Shown in pieces: positions 11,501-21,200 of a DNA stretch of 64,000 nucleotides (positions within the stretch are counted from its first letter, which is position 1; every line of letters starts with the position of its first letter). The notes beneath the pieces are model-generated. The model was not told the origin of the DNA, searched no databases, and saw nothing but the letters and a program-made list of their open reading frames with translations. The position numbers and the translations under genes were made by a program. The DNA lies in the NCBI GenBank assembly GCA_963700635.1, contig CAVOYH010000003.1, positions 1,312,001 through 1,376,000 on the forward strand, written 5' to 3'. Source of the stretch: an uncultured Bacteroidota bacterium (lineage in GTDB: Bacteria > Bacteroidota > Ignavibacteria > UBA10030 > UBA6906).

Positions 11501-11732
11501 GATGGCTCCTACGGTAATGTAAACATGGGAATGCGGGTGTCGCGGACGCGCGTATCCCAATCCGACCGCTCCAACCGGCGCCACGAGGGGAAATTGCAAT
11601 TCCGCGAAGGGACATAGAAGTATAACACCTCGAATGGGATTATGCAATGTTCCGGGATTAAAACATCAGGGCTTTCGCCTGTTCCTCTATTTCCGTTCAT
11701 TGCACCATGAGGATTTTCGAAGGAAACCACAC

Positions 11733-13565
11733 ATGCTGAAGATCGGCACAAAACTGGGTCTCGGGATCGGTGTTCTCCTGGCCCTCTGCGTCATCATCGG
11801 CCTGGTGTCGTATACGCAGACCGGTACCGTGCAGGAGAAGCTGGAAGAACTTACGCAGTTACGTGAGCCCGCAAATTCTGCCGTTTATGCACTGGAAAAC
11901 CGGATGGTCGAAAGTGCTTTTGCAGCATTCGGCTACTCTGCGACGGGCAGTCAGGATACTCTTCCGCCCGGAGCCATGTTCTCACGAGACTCCGGAAGCG
12001 CCGGGCGCGGAGACATCACGGCGAGAGCACTGCAGGCCACCTCCCGGCTGAGCAAGCCGGTCCGTGCCGGGCTCCATCGATTGGAGACGGCATCGCGCGA
12101 GCATATTCTCCTGAGAATGCGTCAGGCGCGAACGGTTGATACGCTGCACCGTCACCTCGAGGCTCTTGACAGGCTCCTCACGGACCGGATTCAACGGTCG
12201 GTACGCGTTGACGATCCCGTTGCGTACCGCAGGTTACAGGTGGTCCTAGGGATGCAGGTCCAGATGAATGCCATCACAAAACATATGGGCTCGTACCTCC
12301 TGACCGGGGAGGAACAGTTCTTTTCGTCGATCAGGAAAGCCGATATGTTGTTCCGCGAATTTTTCAGTGCGTACCGGGTGCTTCTGCTCCGGCCTGAAGA
12401 AAAATCATGGGCCGCTGAGCTCCGTATCCGGTCCGAAGTGGTCCTTGGCTATGTGGGTACGGTGTTGAAGCTGGAACAGGAGCGTAGAGAGCAACGCGCC
12501 TCATTCCTGTCCCTCTACCGTGAAGTACGATTACTCCTCAATGAAGGACTCCAGACGCAGACCCAGCAGGCTCTCGCACATGCCAAGGACGAACTTATTG
12601 CTGCAGGTCAGACGGCGAACACCACGATCCTTGTCGCTCTCATGCTGAGCGTTCTTGTCGGTGTCACCGTCGCGTATGCGACAACACGGAGCATCAGCAG
12701 ACCACTGCAGCAATTGACCACGGTGATGCATGCTATCACGTCGGGCAATACTGCACAGAAAGTGGACATTACCACGCGCGACGAATTCGGGCTTCTCGGT
12801 GAGGCGTTTAACGAGATGACCGATCGCATCGAAAGGGCCGAGCGTCTGCGCACGGCCGGTCTGCGCCTGTTTGCGACCTCGATGCAGCGTGCCCAGGAAG
12901 AAGAGCGCGCACGAATCGCCCGCGAGCTTCATGATGATCTGTGCCAGCGACTTACTGGAACAAAGTACCAGGTTGAAGTGCTCCATGACCAGCTGTTCCC
13001 CGGCAATCGCCGCATGGCAAATGAGCTCGAGGACGTGATGACGGAATTGGACCGGTCCATCACCGAAGTACGGAGAATATCCTTCAATCTCCGCCCGAGC
13101 GTGCTGGACGACTTTGGTCTTGTGGCGGCATTGCGTCTCCTGGGTTCCGAATTCCACCGTGCCCACGGCATTCCTGCGTCCATCGATGTCGCCGAGGATA
13201 TCGGGCGGGACATCGACACCCACAATGAAATCGCGCTGTATCGTATTGCCCAGGAGGCGCTGAATAATATTGCAAAACATGCCGGCGCAACCCGGGTCAG
13301 AATCCACCTCAGCCGGGAAGATATGCTTCTCCGCCTTCAGATCCAGGATGACGGCAGAGGTTTTATACAGGAGGATGTAGCGAAGAAACGGGGTCCGGGC
13401 CACGGACTCGGGCTCATCAGCATGAAGGAGCGTGCGGAATTGCTGGGTGGGCACTGTGATGTAACAAGTACACCAGGTGCAGGAACACTGGTGACGATTA
13501 CCATTCCACGGGGCGGAGAATACGCGAATGCGAAAAACCAGGATCCTCATAACGGACGATCATGA
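11733..13565 (+). CDS. Membrane sensor histidine kinase (HAMP + HisKA_3 + HATPase)
   Basis: Two TM helices, HAMP (DEFGLLGEAFNEM), EEERARIARELHDD, QEALNNIAKHA, DDGRGF and GLGLISMKER. Confidence 0.93.
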   Translation: MLKIGTKLGLGIGVLLALCVIIGLVSYTQTGTVQEKLEELTQLREPANSAVYALENRMVESAFAAFGYSATGSQDTLPPGAMFSRDSGSAGRGDITARALQATSRLSKPVRAGLHRLETASREHILLRMRQARTVDTLHRHLEALDRLLTDRIQRSVRVDDPVAYRRLQVVLGMQVQMNAITKHMGSYLLTGEEQFFSSIRKADMLFREFFSAYRVLLLRPEEKSWAAELRIRSEVVLGYVGTVLKLEQERREQRASFLSLYREVRLLLNEGLQTQTQQALAHAKDELIAAGQTANTTILVALMLSVLVGVTVAYATTRSISRPLQQLTTVMHAITSGNTAQKVDITTRDEFGLLGEAFNEMTDRIERAERLRTAGLRLFATSMQRAQEEERARIARELHDDLCQRLTGTKYQVEVLHDQLFPGNRRMANELEDVMTELDRSITEVRRISFNLRPSVLDDFGLVAALRLLGSEFHRAHGIPASIDVAEDIGRDIDTHNEIALYRIAQEALNNIAKHAGATRVRIHLSREDMLLRLQIQDDGRGFIQEDVAKKRGPGHGLGLISMKERAELLGGHCDVTSTPGAGTLVTITIPRGGEYANAKNQDPHNGRS

Positions 13566-14214
13566 TGTTGTGCGCAGCGGGCTAAAGGCCCTGCTCCGGA
13601 GTTCGTCCGAGTTCGCCGTTGTGGGAGAAGCCGCCGACGGCGAAGAGGCGGTGCGCCGGGTCGATGAGCTTCTGCCCGACGTGGTCATGATGGATATCTC
13701 CATGCCTAGACTGGACGGCATCGGTGCAACCCGTCTTATCAAACAGCAACATCCTGACGTTCGGGTGATCGTGCTTACTGTCTATGAAGAGGAAGAGTAT
13801 GTGTATCAGATTCTCCAGGCAGGCGCCAGCGGTTACGTCCTGAAGAACGCGGGAAAAAAAGAGATCTTCGATGCCATCAAAGCTGTGTGCGCCGGCGAGC
13901 GGTTCTTCAGTCCGGGCGTGTCGCAGCTGATCGTTGACGGTTTCCTTAAACGGGCGGAGGAACAGAAGAAGACCGAGAAGACTGCTGAAACAGCAGGTAC
14001 GCAGCTGACCCGGCGCGAAACAGAAGTGTTACGATACATTGCGATGGGATACACCAACCGTCAGATTGCGGAAACGCTCTTCCTCAGCTTTCGAACTGTC
14101 AATACGCACCGGGCTAATCTCATGCAGAAACTGGACATTCACGATACGGCAGGTCTGGTCCGTTATGCGATGACACTCGGCCTTCTCCCGTCCGATCCCC
14201 CTCCCCGGAAGTGA
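13528..14214 (+). CDS. NarL/LuxR-family response regulator
   Basis: ITDDH, MDISMP and GASGYVLK receiver motifs; LTRRETEVL...TVNTHRANLMQKL HTH. Confidence 0.95.
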   Translation: MRKTRILITDDHDVVRSGLKALLRSSSEFAVVGEAADGEEAVRRVDELLPDVVMMDISMPRLDGIGATRLIKQQHPDVRVIVLTVYEEEEYVYQILQAGASGYVLKNAGKKEIFDAIKAVCAGERFFSPGVSQLIVDGFLKRAEEQKKTEKTAETAGTQLTRRETEVLRYIAMGYTNRQIAETLFLSFRTVNTHRANLMQKLDIHDTAGLVRYAMTLGLLPSDPPPRK

Positions 14215-14356
14215 GCATCGGGTACATGCTGTAGTTTCAGATATACAGTGTTTACCCGATTGAGATCCGCACCGCCTCTGCCTATCCTGGAACAGTTCAT
14301 CTGTTCATCACCCCGTACACCAGCGTCGGTGTACCAGTCAAAAGGTAGAGGTCACC

Positions 14357-15232
14357 ATGAACAAGGTCGTCTTAGCCTGCGTGCTCGCAGGCACTGTGTT
14401 AATCGGATGCGCGGACCGCGAAAAAGAGGAAGCGCTGCAAAAGCAGCTCACCCAGGCGGAAACCGATCGTCAATCATATCAGACTCTCCTGAACGAGCGT
14501 GACAAGTACGTTGAGGGAGTGATGAAGGAAATTAACGACATCTATTCTGATCTTGAGTCCACGCGAATCAAGGAAGGAAGACTGAAGGCACAGCCGGCGG
14601 GTGCCGAAGGGAAGACCACCGCGGTTGATCTGGACACACGCAAACAGCTGCTTGCAAACATCGCCTCGATTGGCGATGCTCTCAAGGAGAGCCGGAAACG
14701 TGTGAATGATCTGCGTGCACGGTTGAAGACGTCACAGGGAGAGATCGCCGGTCTGACAAAGCTGGTCGAGAACCTCCAAACCACTATTCTGGAGCGGGAA
14801 CAGTCCATCGCCCAGCTCCAGGCACAGGTCGTCGGCCTGGAAGAAACAGTCCAGAGCAAAACCATGCAGCTGGCAGAGAAAGACCAGTTGCTGGATGCGC
14901 AACGCCGAAAAATGAATGCTGCGTATTATGTTGCAGCCCCCCGCGAGGAACTAGAGGAGAAGGGCATCATCACTGAAGAGGGTGGGTTCCTCTGGGGGCT
15001 TCTTGGATCAACAACGGTCGTGGCGAGCGGATGGGATCTGTCAGCGCTCTCCCCGCTCGACAGAACCCGTGAACAAACGATTCATATCCCCGGGAAGATC
15101 TCACAAATCCTCCCGCTCCGGAATGCCAATCTCTTTGCTGCCGTAGAGGTCGGGGAGAATGAAACCGAACTGACGATACTTGAGCCGGAAAAATTCTGGA
15201 AGGATAATTACCTGGTGGTGGTCTTGGATTAA
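14357..15232 (+). CDS. Coiled-coil lipoprotein (resembles Bacteroidota Cbp1-like surface proteins)
   Basis: Lipobox LIGC, long heptad region, C-terminal YYVAAPREELEEKGII...GG and PEKFW-x3-YLVV. The family name is recalled, not searched. Confidence 0.6.
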   Translation: MNKVVLACVLAGTVLIGCADREKEEALQKQLTQAETDRQSYQTLLNERDKYVEGVMKEINDIYSDLESTRIKEGRLKAQPAGAEGKTTAVDLDTRKQLLANIASIGDALKESRKRVNDLRARLKTSQGEIAGLTKLVENLQTTILEREQSIAQLQAQVVGLEETVQSKTMQLAEKDQLLDAQRRKMNAAYYVAAPREELEEKGIITEEGGFLWGLLGSTTVVASGWDLSALSPLDRTREQTIHIPGKISQILPLRNANLFAAVEVGENETELTILEPEKFWKDNYLVVVLD

Positions 15233-15274
15233 GGGACAGGCATAGCCCCCCGCGGGCGTCCTCCGGAATAGATC

Positions 15275-15324
15275 AGGGGTGACCAAATGAGGCGGCATCC
15301 TCAGGGGTCACCCCTCCTTTTATT
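15275..15324 (+). terminator. Probable intrinsic terminator
   Basis: AGGGGTGACC(15275-84)/GGTCACCCCT(15306-15) stem with inner TGAGG/CCTCA pairing, followed by CCTTTTATT; about 40 nt after the lipoprotein stop. Confidence 0.6.
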
Positions 15325-15436
15325 ACATACTCTTCCTGCCGCCGCCTGGCGCCTTCGGATCGGCACTTCCGGAACATCCCGAAGCGGAACGGTGTTGCAA
15401 GGAAGGAAGATCCCAGAAACCCCATACCAGGAGACA

Positions 15437-16273
15437 ATGATGAAGACAGGGCCCGGACGCCTTTCCGCCGCACAGAAAGAGTTCTTCAGATCACGCGGCT
15501 ACCTCCACGGCCTTCCGCCTGCATATTCCAGAGCGGGAGTCGAAACTCTTCATACCGGGCTGCAGGAAGTGCTCAAACTGCTCCGTCCAGGGGAGACCTC
15601 CAAGGAAATCCGTGAATGGCACGAAACCAGCCGGTTCCTTTACGATATATGCATGAACGCCACCATTCTGGACTATGTTGAAGATCTCCTCGGTCCGAAT
15701 TTCTTTCTCTGGGGCTCCAACTTCTTCATCAAATCTCCCCGTAGCCTTTCTACCGTCGGATGGCACCAGGATGCGTACTACTGGCCCCTCGATCCCCATG
15801 AATCTCTCACGGTGTGGCTGGCATTTGACGACAGCACGACCGAAAACGGTGCCATGACCGTCGTACCAGGATCACACGCTGCCGGATTGCTGAAGCATGT
15901 CCGTGTGCGGGAGACCGATTCTGTGCTCATGCTTGAATGTGAACGGGGTCAGTTCCGGGAAGATACGGCCGTGCCCGTAACACTTCGCGCCGGCGAAGTG
16001 TCCATTCACGACGATAAACTCGTCCACGGGTCACCCGCCAATCCTTCAGATACCCGACGGGCGGGGTTGACTATCCGCTTCTCGCGGACCAATGTAAAAT
16101 GTGATCTTGCCATCAATCCTCACTTTACGACCTACCTCTGCAGGGGTGTTGACGAATATCACCACAATCCCCGCGGCACACTGCCCGTGGAGTTGTACGG
16201 CAGGCTTGATCGGGACCATCGGAGTGTCGAAGAAGCGGGTGTTGACGCGGAGAAACGACTCGGATTGATGTAG
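15437..16273 (+). CDS. Phytanoyl-CoA dioxygenase (PhyH) family Fe(II)/2OG oxygenase
   Basis: AGGAG RBS; WHQD (HxD), VWLAFD-x4-NGAMTVVPGSH, distal HGS-x2-N-x4-RR. Confidence 0.9.
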   Translation: MMKTGPGRLSAAQKEFFRSRGYLHGLPPAYSRAGVETLHTGLQEVLKLLRPGETSKEIREWHETSRFLYDICMNATILDYVEDLLGPNFFLWGSNFFIKSPRSLSTVGWHQDAYYWPLDPHESLTVWLAFDDSTTENGAMTVVPGSHAAGLLKHVRVRETDSVLMLECERGQFREDTAVPVTLRAGEVSIHDDKLVHGSPANPSDTRRAGLTIRFSRTNVKCDLAINPHFTTYLCRGVDEYHHNPRGTLPVELYGRLDRDHRSVEEAGVDAEKRLGLM

Positions 16274-16320
16274 GCTGAAGGAACGTATCGTTCCCGTGCG
16301 GAGATGCGCCGGGTTCAGGC

Positions 16321-18162
16321 CTAGCGGATGAGCAGCATGGTGACTTCGCGCGAGACCCCTCCCATCGTCACCCGGGCAAAATATATTCCGCTTGCCAGGC
16401 CGCGGGCATGGAACAACACCTGGTACTCACCCCGACCCATTACACCCTGGAGTAATGTGGCAACGCGCTGGCCTGTGATCGAAAACACCTCTAGAGAGAG
16501 ATATTGTTCCGTCTGGACGGTCAGGTGCAGCCTCGTCGAAGAGTTGAATGGATTGGGGTAGTTCTGCGACAGGGTAAATGCAGAGGGAATGTCCCGGGGG
16601 GCCAGTCCAACGCTTGTAAAGTTCGCGGTCCCGACAATCGGGAGATCAATGTATGATGGAGACGATGGATGGAGGACGAGTTCCGCTCCCGCTGACTGGA
16701 AATACGGAATAATATGGGCACGGGTGCTGTCCCACATATCCAGCGAGGAAATCTCCACGCCCACCCTGTGTCCCGGTGGGAAGTGATGCGACAGAGCATG
16801 ACCTTCAATCGTTTTCTCGACCGTAACCCCCGGCGCGGAGCCGCGCACGCCGTTTGGACAGCGCGTCACCAGCGTCCATATGCTTCCCGTGTCATGCGGG
16901 GCAACATCAAAGAGGCGCACATGCGCCTGGAACCGGGGGGTTTCACTTCTCAGGAGTAACCGCGCAGTGGGAATTCCGGTAACCTGGAGCGTGTCTAACA
17001 ATCGTTCTGAGACAAACCGCACCGGCGTGGTCTGGAACGCACGCCCGAATGCAGCGCCCTGATATTTCTCATCCCAGGCCTGCCGGGAACCGTATGTTGA
17101 ATCGTACCTGAGAGAAAAGGGCTTGTTCTCGGAAATCACCGGCGGTGTGGTCTGAAGAGCCGTGCCTGCAAGATACATCCGGACCTCTCCGGCCGGTTCA
17201 GGGGGCCAACCCAAGATCTCTCTATGAGGCCATGCCGGCCGATCATCGGCAAGAATCGTCCGGGGAACCCGTGCGTTCTCCAGCGGCGAACCCATCAACC
17301 AGTGATCGAACCACCCCAACATTAATTCGATGACAAACAGGTATTCCGGGAAATTGATCTGTTCACCGTGGCCATTGGTTCCGAAGTATGACCAGATCGG
17401 TATCGAACGCGCCGAAAGTTGTTTCACCGCACGGATTGCGCTGTTAGCCGGAAACAGCACATCCGCCCATCCGAGACTCTGTATGACAGGGATTTGAATG
17501 CTGTCCAGAAGCGGACTAAGATCGCGCGCCACCAGAAACGCAGAGATGCTATCGTACTCCTCCCGGACCACAAAGTCGCGCAGCCGATCGCGCAAAGGAT
17601 CATAACGCACAGACCCCAGGGTAAGCTCAAAACAGAGTTGTTGTTTTATACAGTTGTTCGGCAGCAGGTCCGTGGAATAGGAGGGAGGTGCAAGGAGGGT
17701 GGCAACTGTCTGCACGCCTGCCATCCGATGTATTGCCGCCAGCCATGCATGGACTCCTCCCTGCGAGCCACCTGCAATCCCGATGGCATTCGGGTTGATG
17801 CCGGACACGGTATCAAAAAAGGCCAGGACTTCCCTGAGATCCTGCGCTTCCCGATCCCCCATAATGGTTGAGAGGCCTTCCGATACCCCCTGCCCGCGTA
17901 CGTCGTACAACACACAGGCATACCCTCTTCCCGCCAGAAGCGTGCTGATCAGGGCAATGTCGGCCTTGTTACCTCCCAGACCATGAATGAAGATGACGAG
18001 AGGATATCCATTTTGTGGCGGGATGGTGGATGGTGTGACAAGCGTAGCCTCAAGATGTACACCGTCGCTCATCCGGATACGGTAGTCTGACGACACCTGA
18101 GCGTGGAGAGGAATCAACGCTCCCGCGAGAAGCCCACAGAGTAGAGACAGTATGTTTTTCAT
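16321..18162 (-). CDS. CocE/NonD (S15) alpha/beta hydrolase with T9SS C-terminal domain
   Basis: Signal peptide, MSDGVHLEA, DVRGQGVSEG, GGSQGG nucleophile elbow, PepX_C-like region, LSQNYPNPFNS C-terminal domain. Confidence 0.85.
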   Translation of the reverse strand: MKNILSLLCGLLAGALIPLHAQVSSDYRIRMSDGVHLEATLVTPSTIPPQNGYPLVIFIHGLGGNKADIALISTLLAGRGYACVLYDVRGQGVSEGLSTIMGDREAQDLREVLAFFDTVSGINPNAIGIAGGSQGGVHAWLAAIHRMAGVQTVATLLAPPSYSTDLLPNNCIKQQLCFELTLGSVRYDPLRDRLRDFVVREEYDSISAFLVARDLSPLLDSIQIPVIQSLGWADVLFPANSAIRAVKQLSARSIPIWSYFGTNGHGEQINFPEYLFVIELMLGWFDHWLMGSPLENARVPRTILADDRPAWPHREILGWPPEPAGEVRMYLAGTALQTTPPVISENKPFSLRYDSTYGSRQAWDEKYQGAAFGRAFQTTPVRFVSERLLDTLQVTGIPTARLLLRSETPRFQAHVRLFDVAPHDTGSIWTLVTRCPNGVRGSAPGVTVEKTIEGHALSHHFPPGHRVGVEISSLDMWDSTRAHIIPYFQSAGAELVLHPSSPSYIDLPIVGTANFTSVGLAPRDIPSAFTLSQNYPNPFNSSTRLHLTVQTEQYLSLEVFSITGQRVATLLQGVMGRGEYQVLFHARGLASGIYFARVTMGGVSREVTMLLIR

Positions 18163-18241
18163 ATGAGGAAGTATAGCACTTGACGTGAACGGATGCAAGG
18201 CGCGCAGAGGTGGTACGCGATACCCACGCCCTCGAATTGTC

Positions 18242-21200
18242 TCAGCCGTTCTCACCCGTGAGCCGGGCGATCTGGAGAAGGTAGAAACGCAACCTGTCCT
18301 GCTCCTCTCCCGTAAGGGCCTGGTCCTCGATCTTTGCGATCCGCTCAACTTCTTTCATCGCGCGGATCACATTAGCAGGGACTTCCACCAGACCTTCAGA
18401 GGCGATAGCGAGGTATTCAATTGCGGCAGCCAGGAACCGGTGCATCTCGTCATCTGAACGGGAAGTACGGAAGAAGGTGTCCAGACTGGCGGGCAGACGG
18501 AGTGAACGCCCCGGAGCCGGAAGGTCGGGCGACTGATGTTTTGATGAGATGGCGTAGAGCGAAACTGCGAGTTCGACAAATGCTTCAACGCGCTGAAACA
18601 CGGGGCGTTCAACCAATTCCCAGATCAACGCGCGCCAGGTGCGAAGTTCCTCCGGAACGCGGAGAAGCCGGGTGACAGAGGCAAGCCAGTGGCGATCGAT
18701 GGGTCCCTGCAGGCTCTCCGCCAACCGCTCAGGATCTGTATTAAAGAGATCTGATTGTAGCAATACGGCAAGATCGGGTCTCAGGGTCGGCAGCAGATCG
18801 GGAATAAATCTTGTTCCCTCAAAAAAGTCCCCGATATCGACGCCATGACGCCGAAGGAGTTCCTGTTGAAAAAGCGGGATAAAGCGTGTCATGGCATCAC
18901 CATCTTCACGAAGGGCCAACAGCGCACCATTGCCTGCCGGGAAGGCACGTTCCACTGCCCGGAGATACTGGCCATGAGCATCCAGATAGACGCGGAGATT
19001 TTGGAGGATTTCGTGGACCGGCAGATACGGGAGGATTCTGTCCGCCAGATACGTTTCAGGGTCGCCTTCCACTGACTCATGACGGGCAAATGTATCCAGA
19101 GCGCGGAAGAGGCCGGTGGAAATTTGTGGAATCCCCAGCACCGTGGATTGTGCCTGATTGTGTGCGATGGCCCGTAAGAGACTGCCATATCGGGAGAGTG
19201 GAATGGTGCCCGCGATCCGTTCCAATATCCTGTTACCCTGGTCCTTCCCGCCGGCAACCGGACGGATCATGGGCCTGTCGCGTAGAGAGGGTGTTGCTCT
19301 GGCGATAAAGTAGGAGAGGATGTGGATTCCGACCACGTCTTCATCACGGCCGTAGAGAATCTGCCGGAAATTCTGTGTGAGAATATCAAGGAAGAGACCG
19401 ATGGCGGGATCCGGCGCACCGATCGTAAGCCGTTCCAGTGCCTGCCTCCCCCGGGTGGTGCTTGTCAGTCGACTGTCTGCCAGTTCTTCACTCGCCCTGA
19501 TGATACTCCGGTCGGATATCTCCTGCGCGCGTTTGACATGAAAGAGGAGTTGTGCAAACTCTTCGACCGGCAGATATCGTAACCGTTCGGCAAGGGCACT
19601 CTGGAATGTCCGTAGATCCCCTCCGGCACACACACCCATCATGGGTGTTGTGGCGTAGAGGGTGCTTCTTCTTGCCGAGGAGCGCAGGTGTGCGGCAAAG
19701 CGGTTGTCGGCGCCCCCCGCCTGAATAAATGCCGGGAGCCCACTCAGTTCGCCAAGGTATCCACCCTGCCTTTGCATCGGTTCACCACTTCCCATTTTTA
19801 ATCGGACACGACCCGTAAGTCCGTGCGCGGCGACCCACTGCAGGAGTTCATTTTTTGCCTGACGAAATTGACGGGCGCCCGCGGCCTGACCCACGTGCTG
19901 GCTCAGGTCTGACCCGGCAATAAATACCTCCGTGCTAATCTCCTCAAACCGATCCTGAGTCTCCTGATTCAGCCGGCGGCTCTGGAGGGCATATTCCCAG
20001 AGTTTGTTGACATAGGGAATCACCGCACCGACGGCAACAGGATCCTCAAACAGGGGCACCAGCCAGACGGGCGGCAGGATGGTATCCGGGTGGTCCCGGA
20101 GCACATGTTCACGGCGTGCACTCAGCTTCCTGTCCAGATCGATGAGTGCTTCCGGCCTGGTGGACATGCTGACCTGAAGCGCGAGGGCCATTCCGGGGTT
20201 GCCGTAACGGGCGCCGATTTCGTTTATCTCGAGAATGTTAAAAACCGTAGTGTCAATGGCGAAAGGATCCTGCGCCGTCACCATGTTCTGATGAATACGC
20301 GGTGTAAGCGCAAAACGCTGGAGCAGGTCTCGATAGACCACCACCTCGCGCAGCAGGACAGGGTCATGCAGCGACTGAACCAATAACGGAATATGCCGGT
20401 GCAGTTCTTTGCGCAGCCGTTTATTGAGCGCAAAATAGTATTCAAGGCCGTCACGCCGCCGGCCCCGTAGTTCAAGCATCCGGTGCTCGAGCCGGTCGTT
20501 GTGATACCAGAGTGAAGTGACGGGATCACGCGCCAGGTGCAGGGCCATTCCGAGCTGCCGGAGTCTGCCGGGTTTGGCATGAAAGGGTAGAATGCCCCGG
20601 TACCGGTGCTCGAGCTGGTGCGTGAGCGTTGTGATTTCGTTCAGAAGGCGCACAAATCGTGCGACCTTTCCGGGAAGACGTTCGATCTCTGTCAGAAGCT
20701 CCGGTTGAATACGCGCCGCCGGATTCCGCGCTGAAAGCAGACGGGCCAGATGTGACAGCCGGCCGACATTCTGGAGAAGTACGGAAGCGACAAGCCTGTG
20801 CCCCTGGCCCGACGGTCGATTGCTGCCATCCCAATCACCCCAGAACGAAAGCATGGTGGGCGGCATGCCGGAGTTCTGGAGGCCGGCAAATTGTTCGGCG
20901 GTAATATGCGCGTCGAGGTCAAGACAAATCTCTTCGGCTTCCTCGCTCGAATTGATGGCCACGTTCATCCCGAAGAATTCAGCCACGAGCTCACGGGATA
21001 CATTCTGGACCAGATGTGACGGAATATTCCCACCGGTCCGCATCGCCCGCGCGATTAAGTCAAATGCCGCCTCTGTCCGAATAGAGTACATCTGAGTCGG
21101 ATGGACCGTGCGGTCAAATGACCGCGATCGGAACGCCGCAGACCGTCGGGTAAGATCATCGCGGTACAATTCACGTTCAAGGGTGAGGGCAAGGCCTTTT

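Noticed and set aside
12531-13550. 339-aa antisense ORF, and other long shadow ORFs such as 60605-61699 and 26075-26896
   Set aside because: They lie wholly opposite well-supported genes, have no motifs and are expected in GC-rich DNA.
14225-14262. Possible NarL-type binding site or promoter before the lipoprotein gene
   Set aside because: Only weak partial repeats (TACA...TACA), which is insufficient support.
15287-15436. Upstream extensions of ORF-track calls (also at 11634, 18348, 34090, 41146, 42864, 46245)
   Set aside because: Internal ATGs with an RBS, signal peptide or family N-terminus fit better, and the extensions overlap neighbouring genes or terminators.
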